A stretch of DNA of 63,969 nt, counting the filler, from Octopus bimaculoides (Eukaryota), in the NCBI RefSeq assembly GCF_001194135.2. It is 4 parts of 4 records of this genome, joined end to end, with 100 filler letters (N's around TTAATTAATTAA, not from the genome) between each part and the next. Parts side by side here need not be neighbours in the genome. Positions count along the whole stretch, not along the records: positions 51,774 to 61,251 come from NC_068990.1; positions 61,352 to 63,969 come from NW_026412785.1; 2 more parts are not named here. One strand, written 5' to 3'. Made by a program: the position numbers and the translations under genes. Numbering within the stretch: the first letter of the stretch is position 1; every line of letters starts with the position of its first letter. Below the pieces are notes generated by a model. The model saw only the letters and a program-made list of their open reading frames with translations. It was not told where the DNA came from and made no database searches. Positions 52,309 through 63,969 of this stretch are shown piece by piece.

Positions 52309-55300
52309 CATATTACTCTACCTCTAGTATTTGAGTACTCTTTTTCCCACCTTGTTTCACATTTATGTGCTTATTCCAGTATATATATATAAATATATAT
52401 GAACCACAGTGAAAGCAACAAGTGTAGAAGAGCAGTAACGTTGAATAGATATGGATACATATTACAGAGATTCTTTCGTTCTGTAACATAGATTCTCTAG
52501 TGTTGGTTGCACAATAAAATGTATCCAGTTTGAGGTGTAAAATGGTTAATGATAAGAATGCCAAAAGAGCAAGACACAAAAAATTTTTTTTCTTTGATGC
52601 CTGTACCAAATGATGATGATGATGACGACAATAGTGATGTTGATGACAATGGTGTTGGTGATGATGACGATGATGATGGTGATGATGATGGTGATGATAA
52701 TGGTGATATACACACAACTCCTTTAGTAAGTTGTTGACTCTTTACAAAACACCAAAACAAGGAATACAATATTTTTGTTTTATTTAAGACAAAATAGATT
52801 AAAAAATTTTTTTTTCTTTATATGACTGTAATGATAAATTACAGTTTTAATGATGGAAACAAATTGGCCAGGAACTCAGTAATTAAAATATTCAAGCCAA
52901 TTAAGAAATGTGGAAGAAATCAATAACAATTTCACAGCCAATATACAAAAATAAAAACAAAAGATAAACAAAATTAATAAACAACATATAAATTAGATGT
53001 TTTGCTTATGTATGTGTGTGAATTTGTTTTGTACATTTTTTTCCCTAATTGTTTCATATTACGATTAAGTTATAAAAATATTACAAATAAAACATTAGCA
53101 TTTCTAATCAGAGTTATCCATTGATGAATGATCAGCCCTATTTATTTCTGAGGAGGATATGTCTGTATTTTAGAAAAGATGCACAGTAACAGCTTCATGT
53201 TGCCTTCTCCAGGCCCATGAGAGGACTGGAGCTCAGCACTAGTGTACAGTACTGAAAACTACCTCCCTGTGCAGCTTAATTACAGTTAGGTAGACTAAGT
53301 GCAGTGTTTGTTACTCATAAGATACAATCTCTCCTTACTGACTGAATACAATGTCACAAGTGAAACTCTTGCTACTTCTTTCTATAGTGCTGACCTAGTA
53401 ATAGTTTTCAAGCTACAACCAAGGGCTTTGTTTGCAAATCTAACAACAGACATAACAGAATATTTTTCCAATGAGTATAACCACTAATTTCATTTCAATT
53501 TATGCCTTCTAATTTAGCAGCTAATCAAAAAAAAATATATATATAAAAGCATAACAATTTTAAAATATTCATCCTGGGTTTATAATGATACAATGGAAGA
53601 AAAAAAAATGACAATAGATTTTTAAAAAAGTACACAAGACCATGTAAAAAAAAGTGTTGAGATCTGAAGATTGTTACTATAAGGCAGGATTCTGGCAGAA
53701 ATTCACAATTCAAGGTGATGAAACACTTGTCTAAATTGTATCTAAGTTACGTGAAATTATTTCTTAAATTCATCATTAGTATCAAAATGAATAATGAGTA
53801 ATTTTAATGAGGAGTGATTTTTTTTTCAATAATATCTAATAATATTTAGACCATAAAATGTCAAAAACATCATCATTATGTTAGAATTATACAGTTATAG
53901 CATATTGAATAAAAAACAAAATACATCATCAAATTTACTGATCTATTAAAAACTATTACACTATGCATTTCTTGTGTACTAAACTATATAGTGTTATCAG
54001 TCATGTGGGTATACTAAAACTACACAACAATTTCAAGTGCTAATGTATATTATTATTTAACCTTAAACCAGCCCTGATTGAGCAGACCTATGATCAAATG
54101 ATCAAGGGTATTCCAGCAGTGATCATCATTTTTTTTCTCCAGATAAATGGGTGTTTAAGATTATGTTATGCTTTTCTTTTTTAAGACAGTAGGGTTGGTT
54201 TAATTGCTCTGACCATCTTGTCCTTTTGTATAGCTAGGACCACACTGTCCAATGTGTCCTATCACTTTTAAGACAGCAGAGTATGATTAGAGGGATATAT
54301 GATGGCTATTTCTAACAGATTAAGTGATCATGTAGAGGCTCCCCTTACATAGCTTGTACTTATTATATAATATCATTAACTCAAAGGCTGTTGATGTAAC
54401 TGAGGAGTCCCTAGTCAGCTCTGCTCAAACAGACTCTATGCCCATGGGTCACCACTCAATAATAAACTAGGGAGCAGAACCTACAATTGGCCAGTTGAAC
54501 AGGAGCAGGTTCGTGTGCAATATTCAAGTGTCATAAGAATTCATTACCATGTGGTCAGTAACCTAACATGTTAACTTCACAACCGGAATAATTAAAATAT
54601 GCCATAGATATGAATAAAACTTAAATACATATAAATTAGATACAGCAATAATTATCATTATTGTTATTGAGAATGGTGTTTGAGTGATTACCAATTCAAA
54701 GATGGCAGTTTCAAGCATTCCATTGAGATTTAAAGATTCAGTTAATATAGAAGAGAATAATATAGAGTCCCAAATTCACACTTCTTAATTGAGTGGTTAG
54801 CAAAAATCCACTAATACTTGCAAATGTATGAATTTACAGAATCATTCAACCCACACTAACTTGAAAACAATGGAGGAAAACAGAGAAGTTTATCAATCCA
54901 CACTTATGGCTAACAGTTGCTATAGTTTTATTACAGAATTTATTTCTGATTAGCACCAATCTCCAAACTGAGCTAACATGATACAATCTGAAAAAGTGTA
55001 TGGATGCATATCATATGATGAAGCAGACACTGATGTTTCAGGATATCAATTCAGACCATTGCTAACCTATCAATCCTAGTAACTATCCTTTGCGACATGA
55101 CACAAAATCCTGGTTCACATTAGAGCATTCGATCATCAGCAAAATAAAATGGGTTGGTCTTACATCAAACATTAATATCTTGATAATTTTTTGATCATCC
55201 TGAGACAATATTTCCTTTCTAATCCCAATATATTTTCACCACCAAAGTTACTTTTCAAATCTCATTCTTTTTAGATTATATTTTGAATTCTGTGTTGTGA

Positions 55301-55468
55301 TGTGACAAGCATTAACCACTAATTCAGAAAAATTTTGTCCATTATAGTTAATGTTCTCATTCATGAATCAAACATCATTACAGATTAAAATTATGACATA
55401 CACATAATATATACCATTATATATTATATATATATATACATTGCACAATACATACATTATACAGTATA

Positions 55469-55520
<52 letters not shown>

Positions 55521-55647
55521 CAGTATATATATAACACAGTATATGTATATTATATATATAAATTATAATACAGTATATACATATATTATACAGTGTATAT
55601 ATGCATATACCTATATATATATATTATAGAGTATACGTGTGTATATT

Positions 55648-56010
55648 CTTTTATTTGTTTCAGTCATTTGACTGTGGCCATGCTGGAGCACCTCCTTTAG
55701 TCGAACAAATCGACCTCAGGACTTACTCTTTGAAAGCCTAGTACTTATTCTATTGGTCTCTTTTGCTGAACCGCTATGGGGATGTAAACACACCCACATT
55801 GGTTGTCAAGTGAGACAAACAGACACACACACATATATATATACAACAGGCTTCTTTCAGTTTTCCTCTATCAAATCCACTCACAAGGGTTTGGTCAGCC
55901 TAAGGCTATAGTAGAAGACACTTACCCAAGGTGCCACGCAGTGGGACTGAACCCAGAACCATGTGATTGAGAAGCAAGCTTCTTACCACACAGCCACACC
56001 TGCGCCTATG
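55648..56010 (-). mobile_element. Major tRNA-headed SINE, downstream of the NPRL3 stop (possibly in its 3' UTR)
   Basis: Collinear with 19764-20152. Confidence 0.85.
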
Positions 56011-56021
56011 CCATGCCTGCG

Positions 56022-56052
<31 letters not shown>

Positions 56053-56554
56053 TTCTTTAGATTTACATGTCTCTCATAACTGATTGATAAGAAGAGAGCA
56101 GATGGTAAGATTGTCATTTGGATAAATAATACCAATCATGTAACAGTAAAAGAAAAATTGCATGATTATCTTCCTTAGATAGATGTGTTTTGCACACTGG
56201 AGCGCACGCACACACACACACACACATACGCTGTTTTCTTGTCATGCTTTAAAATTTAACAAGTATAGGAACCAAACCGAAATATTTGGGATGGTGAAAA
56301 GGAAATGATAATAATAAATATATAAATAAGAATAATTTAATGGTAAATTTAGAAATTGGAGAAATCAATCAATGTAACTAATTGAAATTGTTTTATATTT
56401 TTTTTCTCCTCCACTTTCATTTGTTTTAATTGGTTGTCAAAACAATTATCAAACTTTCACACAATTAATGGAACCTATAACACTGTTACAGTATGTGTAG
56501 CAAAGAAGCTACAGAAATAGTTTCTGATTTTAGAATGTGTGTGTGAGATGGGTG

Positions 56555-56711
56555 CTACCGTACATATATGGATGTAACTGGATCTTCATGTGTACAGGTT
56601 TCAAGAATATCACGGAACTTATCCAGTATTGCAACAACTTGAGAGCGGCGCAAGTCTTCATAATACATGATTTCTTCAAGATGATGTTTTCCATTAAAGT
56701 AACAGCAGAGT
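56555..56711 (-). CDS. NPRL3: Last coding exon of GATOR1 complex subunit NPRL3
   Basis: (R)[51 protein letters not shown] closely matches the NPRL3 C-terminus as I recall it from vertebrates ([46 protein letters not shown]). Acceptor TTCCAG at 56717-56712, phase 2; TAG at 56557-56555. Upstream exons not found in the window. Confidence 0.93.
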
Positions 56712-56715
56712 CTGG

Positions 56716-56887
56716 AATGATAATGATGATAAACATGATAATGATGATAAACATGATAAGGATGATAATGATGATAAACATGATAATGATGATAAACATG
56801 ATAATGATGATAAACATGATAATGATGATAAAGATGATAAACATGATAACGATGATAAACATGATAACGATGATAAACATGATAACG
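56716..56887. repeat. 18-bp (9+9) minisatellite ATGATAAACATGATAATG abutting the NPRL3 acceptor
   Basis: About nine units read directly from the sequence. Confidence 0.9.
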
Positions 56888-57469
56888 AGAAGAAAAAAGA
56901 AATAGCCTGAATGTGGAGTTTGAAATCAGAAACAATCCCTGTAGAAATAGGTGCTTTAGGTATCTTTTATCTTTTATATCCTTTACTTGTTTGTCATTAG
57001 ATTATGGCCATGCTGGGGCACTGCCTTGAGGAATTTCTAGTAAAATGAACTGACCCCAAGACCTTTTTTTTTTAAGCCTGGTACTTACTCTACAGTCTAT
57101 TTTGCCAACCCGCTAAGTTAGGAAGCAAACTTCTTGCCAAACAGCCACATCTGAGCATACATAGTAGAATAATATGCAGACAAATACATAATCAAAACCT
57201 CAGGACTTATAAATATATACATACCATACCAAAAATAGCACTGCTACACACTGTACACAGAGCACTTTAATTATTATTATTATTAAGAAGGAGAGCTGGC
57301 AGAATTGTTGGCATGCTGGATAAAATGTTTAGCAGTCTCCACTGAGGTTGATTGTGCCTTTCATCCTTTCAGGGATAAGTTAAGTAAAACACTTCATTTA
57401 CTTTTACATGTACAAATTTCCTTTTTGGTGTCACTTCTACTTTCCGTTGAGAAAACTTAAGAATTTTTT

Positions 57470-58300
57470 ATGTTCGAGCTTCCTAATTTTGCTCTGCAAT
57501 GTGAGCTCGTATTCTACTTTTTGGCAACTGTAACATTTTCGCGTTTTGAAATATAGGACTCCACATCTGTAGCATGGGTTTGGTCTTAACTTTTTTTTTG
57601 TTTATACCTTCCTGGTCGATATGCTTGTACTTGTGAGAACTCCTTCTCTTCAATTTTCTTTACGTCCTGACATAAATTTATCATTCTTTGACACTCCTCT
57701 GCAACTGTCTTCAGGGTTAAACTTTGGCCTGCTTGTTGAAGTTTTTTGAGAATTCTTGCATGTATCTCCACATCTTTGTTTGCTATAAGCCCTTGTACAA
57801 AAACGAGGCACTTAAACATACCAGGAGTTAGTTCCTTAGGTTTAAACCTGTTGTACATTCGGTTTACAGTCCTGGCATATGTAACAAAGTCTTCATCCTC
57901 TTTTTTAACTAGATTCCAACACTCCTATCGAGTACTAAATAGGGAACTCTTATCACTGAATATTTTTGATAGTAGTTTGACTATCCTGGAAACAAATTTC
58001 ACAAGTTTTTGGGGGTAGTATGAAATTACAATATTTTTCATGTTCAGCCGGCACTAATTTATTTAATAATAGTTTTACTTTTTCATTATCTGTCCACAAC
58101 TTGCAATCTTCCCTAAAGATTTATTCACACCTTCTAAAGTGCACTGCAAATGTTATACCCTCCTCTGGGTCATAACTGAATTCTGTTATAGAGTTCTATA
58201 TGTCATCTGGTGAAAATGAACTTATAGTGTTTCCAGACTTCTTAAGACATAGCTCCATTAACTTTTGTTGTTTTTCTTGTTGCTGAAGTAATTGTTTCTG
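57470..58300 (-). mobile_element. Ty3/Gypsy (K02A2.6-like) gag relic
   Basis: Minus frames: ITEFSYDPEEGITF...KLWTD...EHEKYCNFILP...LFSTR.ECWNLVKKEDEDFVTYA...FKCLVFVQGL...LTLKTVAEEC, then a decayed zinc knuckle PCYRCG...KCYSCQK. Stops and frameshifts present. Confidence 0.85.
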
Positions 58301-58433
58301 CAACTCCCATTGCTGTTCTTGCTGCTGTTTTTGCAACTGTATTATAGAAGCTAATAGGTTTGTTATTAACAACTTTGTATCACAAAAATTTGTTAACCGA
58401 CTTATGTGAGCTTTGAATCCCTGTCACCAATAT

Positions 58434-58709
58434 TGTTGTATCACGAATTGTTATGACTATTTTTTTTGCACTATAACCATGTAGTAACAATAAATCATAT
58501 AACAAAGCAGGGTAACAACAACATAATCCAACAAACTCTCCGCAAACTATACACGAACCAACAAACGATATTCCAACAAACTACTAAACAACATGACTTC
58601 CTGCAATTAACACCTACTCTCTCTCTGGTCTCTCACTCATACCACTACTATTTATAGTTGTTCAGTCAAGTCTATTCTCACAGGGGGTGTTGTGACTCTC
58701 GCCACAACA
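58434..58709 (-). mobile_element. 276-bp 5' LTR of the Gypsy element, with primer-binding site
   Basis: Minus strand starts TGTTGT (58709) and ends ACAACA (58434). Internal TATAAATA. After 4 nt comes TGGTGACAG (58429-58421, PBS-like), then the gag relic in the same orientation. Confidence 0.75.
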
Positions 58710-59961
58710 GGAACAATGCTAGCAATTTCAAGGAGGAAGAGGAGATTGGTCAATACCATCAACCCTATTATTTGACTGGTGCTTTATTTGCTTTATTTTA
58801 TTTACCCTAAAGGGGTGAAAGGCAAAGTACATGGAACGCTGGAATGAATCTCATGAGGCAATCCTTTCTGACACTGTAAGAACTCTGCCCATCCAGCACC
58901 TTTGATAATGGTTTCAAATTGTGGTGCAAGGCCAGCAATTTCAGGAAAGGGTTTAGTTAATTATATCGACTCTAGTGTTCAACTGGTACTTATTTTACCA
59001 AGCCTGAAAGGATGGAAGGTGAAGTTGACATTAGCAGAGTTTGAGCCAGAGGAAATGCTACATCATAAGGGCTTCTGATTTAAACACAAGACCAGCAATT
59101 TTGAGAAGGGATTTATTTGGTACCACTGACCCTAGTACTTGACTGGTATTTTGATTTATTGCCTCTGGAAGGATAAAAGGTAAAGCAGATTTCAGTGGGA
59201 TTTGAACAAGATGATAAACAGCCAGAAGATATCGCACAAGACATTTTCATATTTTTTTGCTATGATGTGGTTTGTGAGGCTTTGAAACTTTTACAGTATA
59301 CATATGTAATCATCATCATTTTACATGCTGGCATGGGTTGGACAGCTTGACTGGAGCTGGTAAGGCAAGGGGCCACACCAGGCTCCATTGTCTGGATGCC
59401 CTTCCTAACACCAACCACTCCACAGAGTGTACTGAGTGTTTTCTATGTGGCACCAGCACTGGTATCAATTCTGCTGTGACAGACAGGTCTTCTTGAGTAC
59501 AGCAATGTACCATATATCTCAGTCTTTAGTCATCTCCTATGTCAGGCTCAGTGTCTTGAGACTGGCCTTCAATACTTTGTCCCATGTCTTCCCAGGTCTC
59601 CTTCTTCCACAAGTTCCATTCACTTTATATACATATACACATATCTATCATTATCACCATCATTGTGTCAATGTCCACTTTTCCATGCTTGGATTGATCA
59701 AACGAAATTCATCGAGGTATATTTTCTAATAGTAGATGCCCTTCCCATTGCTCACCAACACCTATTTCTAAGCAAGATAATATTTCTCTTTATCCTCTTC
59801 AAACATGAGCAGCACAAATGGGTGAATGCATTTTCATGGAAATTTGCAAATGAATGATACACCTTGTATGATGGCAATATCTGTAAATAATTAGCATGAG
59901 CACAATATGTAAATACAAGGGTGTAGCAATGCACACACATATACATTGACAATGTGTGTGT

Positions 59962-60630
59962 AAATCTCGCTTTATTTTTATTCCTAATGGCTTTAAACCA
60001 GTCAACGACTTCTATACTATTAGACCATTGTACTAACCTAGTAGCATTTCTGACTTTAGCATTGATTTTTCCTAAAATTTCTTTACTAATAATACCAATT
60101 TCTGATTTTGCTGTGTCAATAAGTCTACATTCAGGATTAGATAGGAAGTTCTTTTTATGGTCTTTAATAGTTATAAAGGCCTTTTTTTGCCGGGGAGGAC
60201 CTCTATTTTTTCTATCTAATTTAAGCCTAGCGGCGAAGATGCTTGCTTCTTTATTAATGTCGTTATAAACTTGTGGTCTAGCTTTAATATAATTATTAAT
60301 AATGTTGTTATGTAGAAGTTGTATGTACTGTTTTCTACAAGATTAAGTTCTCGGTTTTATCAGAAAAAAGTGCTGTTTTTTTGGAACTTTTTATGTATTT
60401 GATGTCATTTTTCAGTTTCTGTTGGAAAGTGTTAAAAGACTTAGGAAATTTTATTGTTTATAAGCTTCAGTAGGTCCATTTCGAAGTCTTCTAAGGCCTT
60501 GATTTTCAGAGGGAATTTCTTTGATTTAATTCCATAAAATATGTTCTCTGTAGTAGCCGCTTCCATGTAAAGGCTTTCCATATCATACGCTTAAAAATGT
60601 CTGTAATTTTCTCCAAAAGTTTCTTAGAGT
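59962..60630 (-). mobile_element. Penelope-like element reverse transcriptase N-terminal fragment
   Basis: KRMIWKAF...FYGIKSKK...EDFEMDL...FQQKLKNDIK...FSDKTENL, then a stop-free stretch INNYIK...INKEA...AFITIKDHKKNFLSNPECRLIDTAKSEIGIISKEIL...QWSNSIEVVDWFKAIRNKNKARF. It is truncated just before RT motif A. Not shown in the ORF track because it lacks a start codon. Confidence 0.85.
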
Positions 60631-61041
60631 ATATATATCTGCGTATATATGTGTATGTGCATATAGAGATGTGTATATGAACATAATGATGTGTGCGTTT
60701 TTGTGTATGTGTTTTTATTTGTATATACGTTTTCCGTGGATGTATATGCATTTGCATATAGAGATGTATATATGAGCGTAGTGATGCGTGCATGGGTATA
60801 TATGCGTGTGTATGTGTGTGTATGCGTAGACACATATATGTGCGTTTTGTATGTATATATACACGTGTGTGAGTATATACATACATATATATATAGAAAT
60901 ATATACATACATGTGTGTGTGTGTGTACATGTATGTGTGTGTGTATATGTGTGCATATGCGGATTCTATGAATGAAGTATTACTTTCATCATGCCTATTG
61001 GAGTAATTTCCCTTTATTCAATGGATTTTTTTCATAGCGTT

Positions 61042-61116
61042 TTATCTTAATAACTGATGAGATGCCGGAGCAGACTTCAGCTTCGGTATCCGAAACTCTG
61101 AGTTTTATTATGATAA
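61042..61116 (+). ncRNA. Type I hammerhead ribozyme, intact core, in a PLE pseudo-LTR-like element (about 60965-61205)
   Basis: Stem I TTATCTTAATAA/TTATTATGATAA (11 of 12 pairs). CTGATGA (61054-61060). 11-bp stem II GATGCCGGAGC/GCTTCGGTATC (two G-U) with an 8-nt loop and one extra C. GAAAC (61092-61096). Near-palindromic stem III ACTCTGAGT. GUU triplet; predicted cut after 61104. Confidence 0.85.
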
Positions 61117-61351
61117 CCAACTAATTCTCACATATTATATTTATAGATAAATTCCTCAATTTTATATAATATCGAGGTCTCATTCATTCTTTTGTTGTCA
61201 TACTATTATTATTATTTATAATTATTATTAATATATATATATATATATATANNNNNNNNNNNNNNNNNNNNNNNNNNNNNNNNNNNNNNNNNNNNTTAAT
61301 TAATTAANNNNNNNNNNNNNNNNNNNNNNNNNNNNNNNNNNNNNNNNNNNN

Positions 61352-63969
61352 TTCATTCGTACGTTCGTTCGTTCGTACTTGCGTACGTACGTGCGTTCGT
61401 TTGCTCGTCCGTTCGTTCTTTCGTTCGTTCGTTCTTTCGTTCGTTCGTTAGTTTGTACCAACGTCCGTTCGATCATTCTTTTGTTCGTTCGTTTTTTCGT
61501 TCGTTCGTTTTATTCGTTCGTTCGTACGTACGTACGTTCATTCATTCGTTCATTCATTCCTTCGTTCTTTCGTCCGTTCGTTCGTTCTTTCGTCCGTTCG
61601 TTCGTTCTTTCGTCCGTTCGTTCGTTCGTTCGTTCGTTCTTAGGTACGTACGCACGTTCGTACATTCGTTCGTTCATTCTTTCGTCCGTTCGTTTGTTCG
61701 TTCGTTTGTTCGTACGTACGTATGTACATTGGTTCGTTCATTCCTACGTATGTACATAGTTCGGTCGTTCGTTCGTTCGTACGTACGTACGTTCGTTCGT
61801 TCGTTCTTTCGTTCATTTGTTCGATCGTAGTACGTACGTACGTACGTACGTTCGTTCGGTCACTTCGTCGTTCGTTCGTTCGTTTGTACGTACGTACGTT
61901 TGTTCTCTCGGTCGTAAGTACATACGTACGTAGGTGCCGACGTAGGTACGTACGTTCGTTCGTGCGTGCGTTTGTTCTTCCTTTTGTTCGTTCATTCGTA
62001 CGTTCGTTCGTTCGTACTTACGTACGTACGTACGTGCGTTCGTTGGCTCGTTCTTTCGTTCCTTCGTTCTTATATACATACGTTCGTTCGTTGGTTTGTA
62101 CATTCGTCCGTTCGATCGTTCTTTTGTTCGTTCTTTCTTTCGTTCGTTCGTACGTACGTACTTTCGTTCGATATTTCCTGCCTACGTACGTACGTACGTA
62201 CATACGTTCGTTCTTTCGTTCTTTCCTTCGTTCGATCATTCGTTCGTACGTACGTACGTCCTTTCGTTCGTTCGTGCATGCGTTTGTTCTTCCTTTTGTT
62301 CGTTCATTCGTACGTTCGTTCGTTCGTACTTACGTACGTACGTGCGTTCGTTGGCTCGTTCTTTCGTTCCTTCGTTCTTATATACATACGTTCGTTCGTT
62401 GGTTTGTACATTCGTCCGTTCGATCGTTCTTTTGTTCGTTCTTTCCTTCGTTCGTTCGTACGTACGTACTTTCGTTCGATATTTCGTGCCTACGTACGTA
62501 CGTTCGTTCTTTCGTTCTTTCCTTCGTTCGATCATTCGTTCGTACGTACGTACGTCCTTTCGTTCGTTCGTTCGTTTCATCGTTCGTTCGTTTGTTCTTT
62601 CGTTCGGTCGTTCGTTTCTTTCGTTCATTCGTACGTACGTACGTTGATTTTCGTTCCTTCGTTCGTACATACGTACGTTCGTTCGTTAGTTTGTACCTTC
62701 GTCCGTTCATTCGTTCGTTCGTTCGTTCGTTCGAACGTTCTTTCTTGCGTACGTCCATTCATTCCTTCGTTCGTTCTATCGTCCCTTCGTTCGTTCGTTC
62801 GTTCATTCGGTCGGTCGGTCGTTTGTACGTAGTTACGTACGTTCGTTCGTTCGTACGCACGTACGTTCGTTCGTTTGTTCTTTCGTTCGTTCGTTCGTTC
62901 GTTCGTTCGTACGTACATACATAAGTACGTTCGTTCGTACGGACGGACGTAAGGTACGTTCGTTCGTTCGTACATACGTACGTAGGTACGTACATTCGTT
63001 CATGCGTTCGTTTGTTCTTTCGTTCGTTCGTTCGTTCTTACGTACGTACGTACGTGCGTTTGCCCGTTCGTTCGTTCGTTCGTACGTCTGTTCGTTCGCA
63101 CGTTCGTTCATTCCTACGTTTGTTTGTTTCGTTTGTTCATTTGTTTCGTCGCTCGTTCTTTCTTTCGTTCGTTCGTACGTACGTTCGTTCGTACGTTCAT
63201 TCGTTCGTTCTTTCGTTCGTACGTACGTTCTTTCGTTCATTCGATCTTTCTTTTGTTCGTTTGTTCGTTCGTTCTTCCGTTCGTTCGTTCGTTCACTCAT
63301 ACGCACGTACCTACGTACGTTGGTTCGTTCTTTCGTTCCTTCGTTCGTACGTACGTACATTCGTTCCAGCGTCCGGATGTACGTACATACGTTTATTCTT
63401 TCTTTCGGTCGTTGGTTCGTTCGTTCGTACTTACGTACGTACGTATGTGCGTTCGATCGTTCATCCGTTCGTTTGTTTGTTCGTGTGTTTGTTTCGTTCG
63501 TTCGTTTGTTTCTTCGTTCGTTCGTTCTTTCATTCGTTTGTTCTTTCGTTCAGTCGTTCGTTTCGTTCGTTCGTACGTACCTACTTACGTTCGTTCGTTC
63601 GTTCGTTCGTTGGTACGTACGTACGTACGTACGTTCGTACGTTCGTTCTTTCGTTCGTTCGTTCTTTTGTTCTTTCGTTCTTTCGTTCGTTCGTACGTAC
63701 GTTCGTTCGTTCGTTACATCGTTCTTTCGTACGTACGTTCGTTCGATATTTCGATCCTACGTTCATACGTACGTATGTACGTTCGTATGTTCGTTCGTTC
63801 GTTCATTCGTTCGTTCTTTCCATCGTTCCTTTGTTCCTTCGTTCGTTCTTTCGTTCGTTCGTTCGTTCGTTCGTTCATTCGTTCGTTCTTTCGTACGTGC
63901 GTACGTACGTACGTACGTTCATTCGTACGTACGTACGTACGTTCGTTCGTTCGTTCGTTCGGTCGTTCT
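61352..63969. repeat. CpG-rich tetranucleotide-derived satellite (TTCG/TACG) with a higher-order repeat of about 312 bp
   Basis: More than 2.6 kb of interleaved TTCG and TACG units. The block starting GCGTTTGTTCTTCCTTTTG at 61968 recurs at 62280. It runs off the end of the window. Confidence 0.95.

Noticed and set aside
53175-53280. let-7-like GAGGTAG seed on the minus strand, possible miRNA hairpin
   Set aside because: The rest does not match let-7 and I could not fold a pre-miRNA-like stem.
61379-63766. Long ORFs (up to 400 aa) rich in RSFV/RTYV/TNER
   Set aside because: Translation of the TTCG/TACG satellite; low complexity with no domain signal.

Overview
AT-rich, microsatellite-saturated animal DNA. 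The SINE families and repeat content point to a coleoid cephalopod, most like Octopus (inference). The window is four scaffold pieces joined by artificial 100-nt spacers (44 N + TTAATTAATTAA + 44 N; the 12-mers lie at 22546, 51718 and 61296), so adjacency across those joins is not guaranteed. Two host-gene pieces are supported: an intronless 457-aa membrane-anchored sulfotransferase-fold ORF (17244-18617, +) and the last coding exon of NPRL3 (56555-56711, -). The rest is mostly mobile DNA: tRNA-derived and RTE-tailed SINEs, R4/Dong-like and RTE LINE fragments, a Ty3/Gypsy LTR with a gag relic, a hAT-like MITE, a Helitron-like 3' end and a CpG-rich TTCG/TACG satellite. The main hidden signal is a dispersed set of Penelope-like element (PLE) parts sitting in microsatellites. 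It comprises a GIY-YIG endonuclease fragment, an RT fragment, several long fold-back palindromes and several type I hammerhead ribozyme motifs with palindromic stem III. Two of these hammerheads (36474-36534 and 61042-61116) have intact catalytic cores. A second notable observation is an in-frame His/Tyr-coding minisatellite lying between two same-phase splice acceptors of NPRL3. All folds and alignments were done by eye and no database searches were run.
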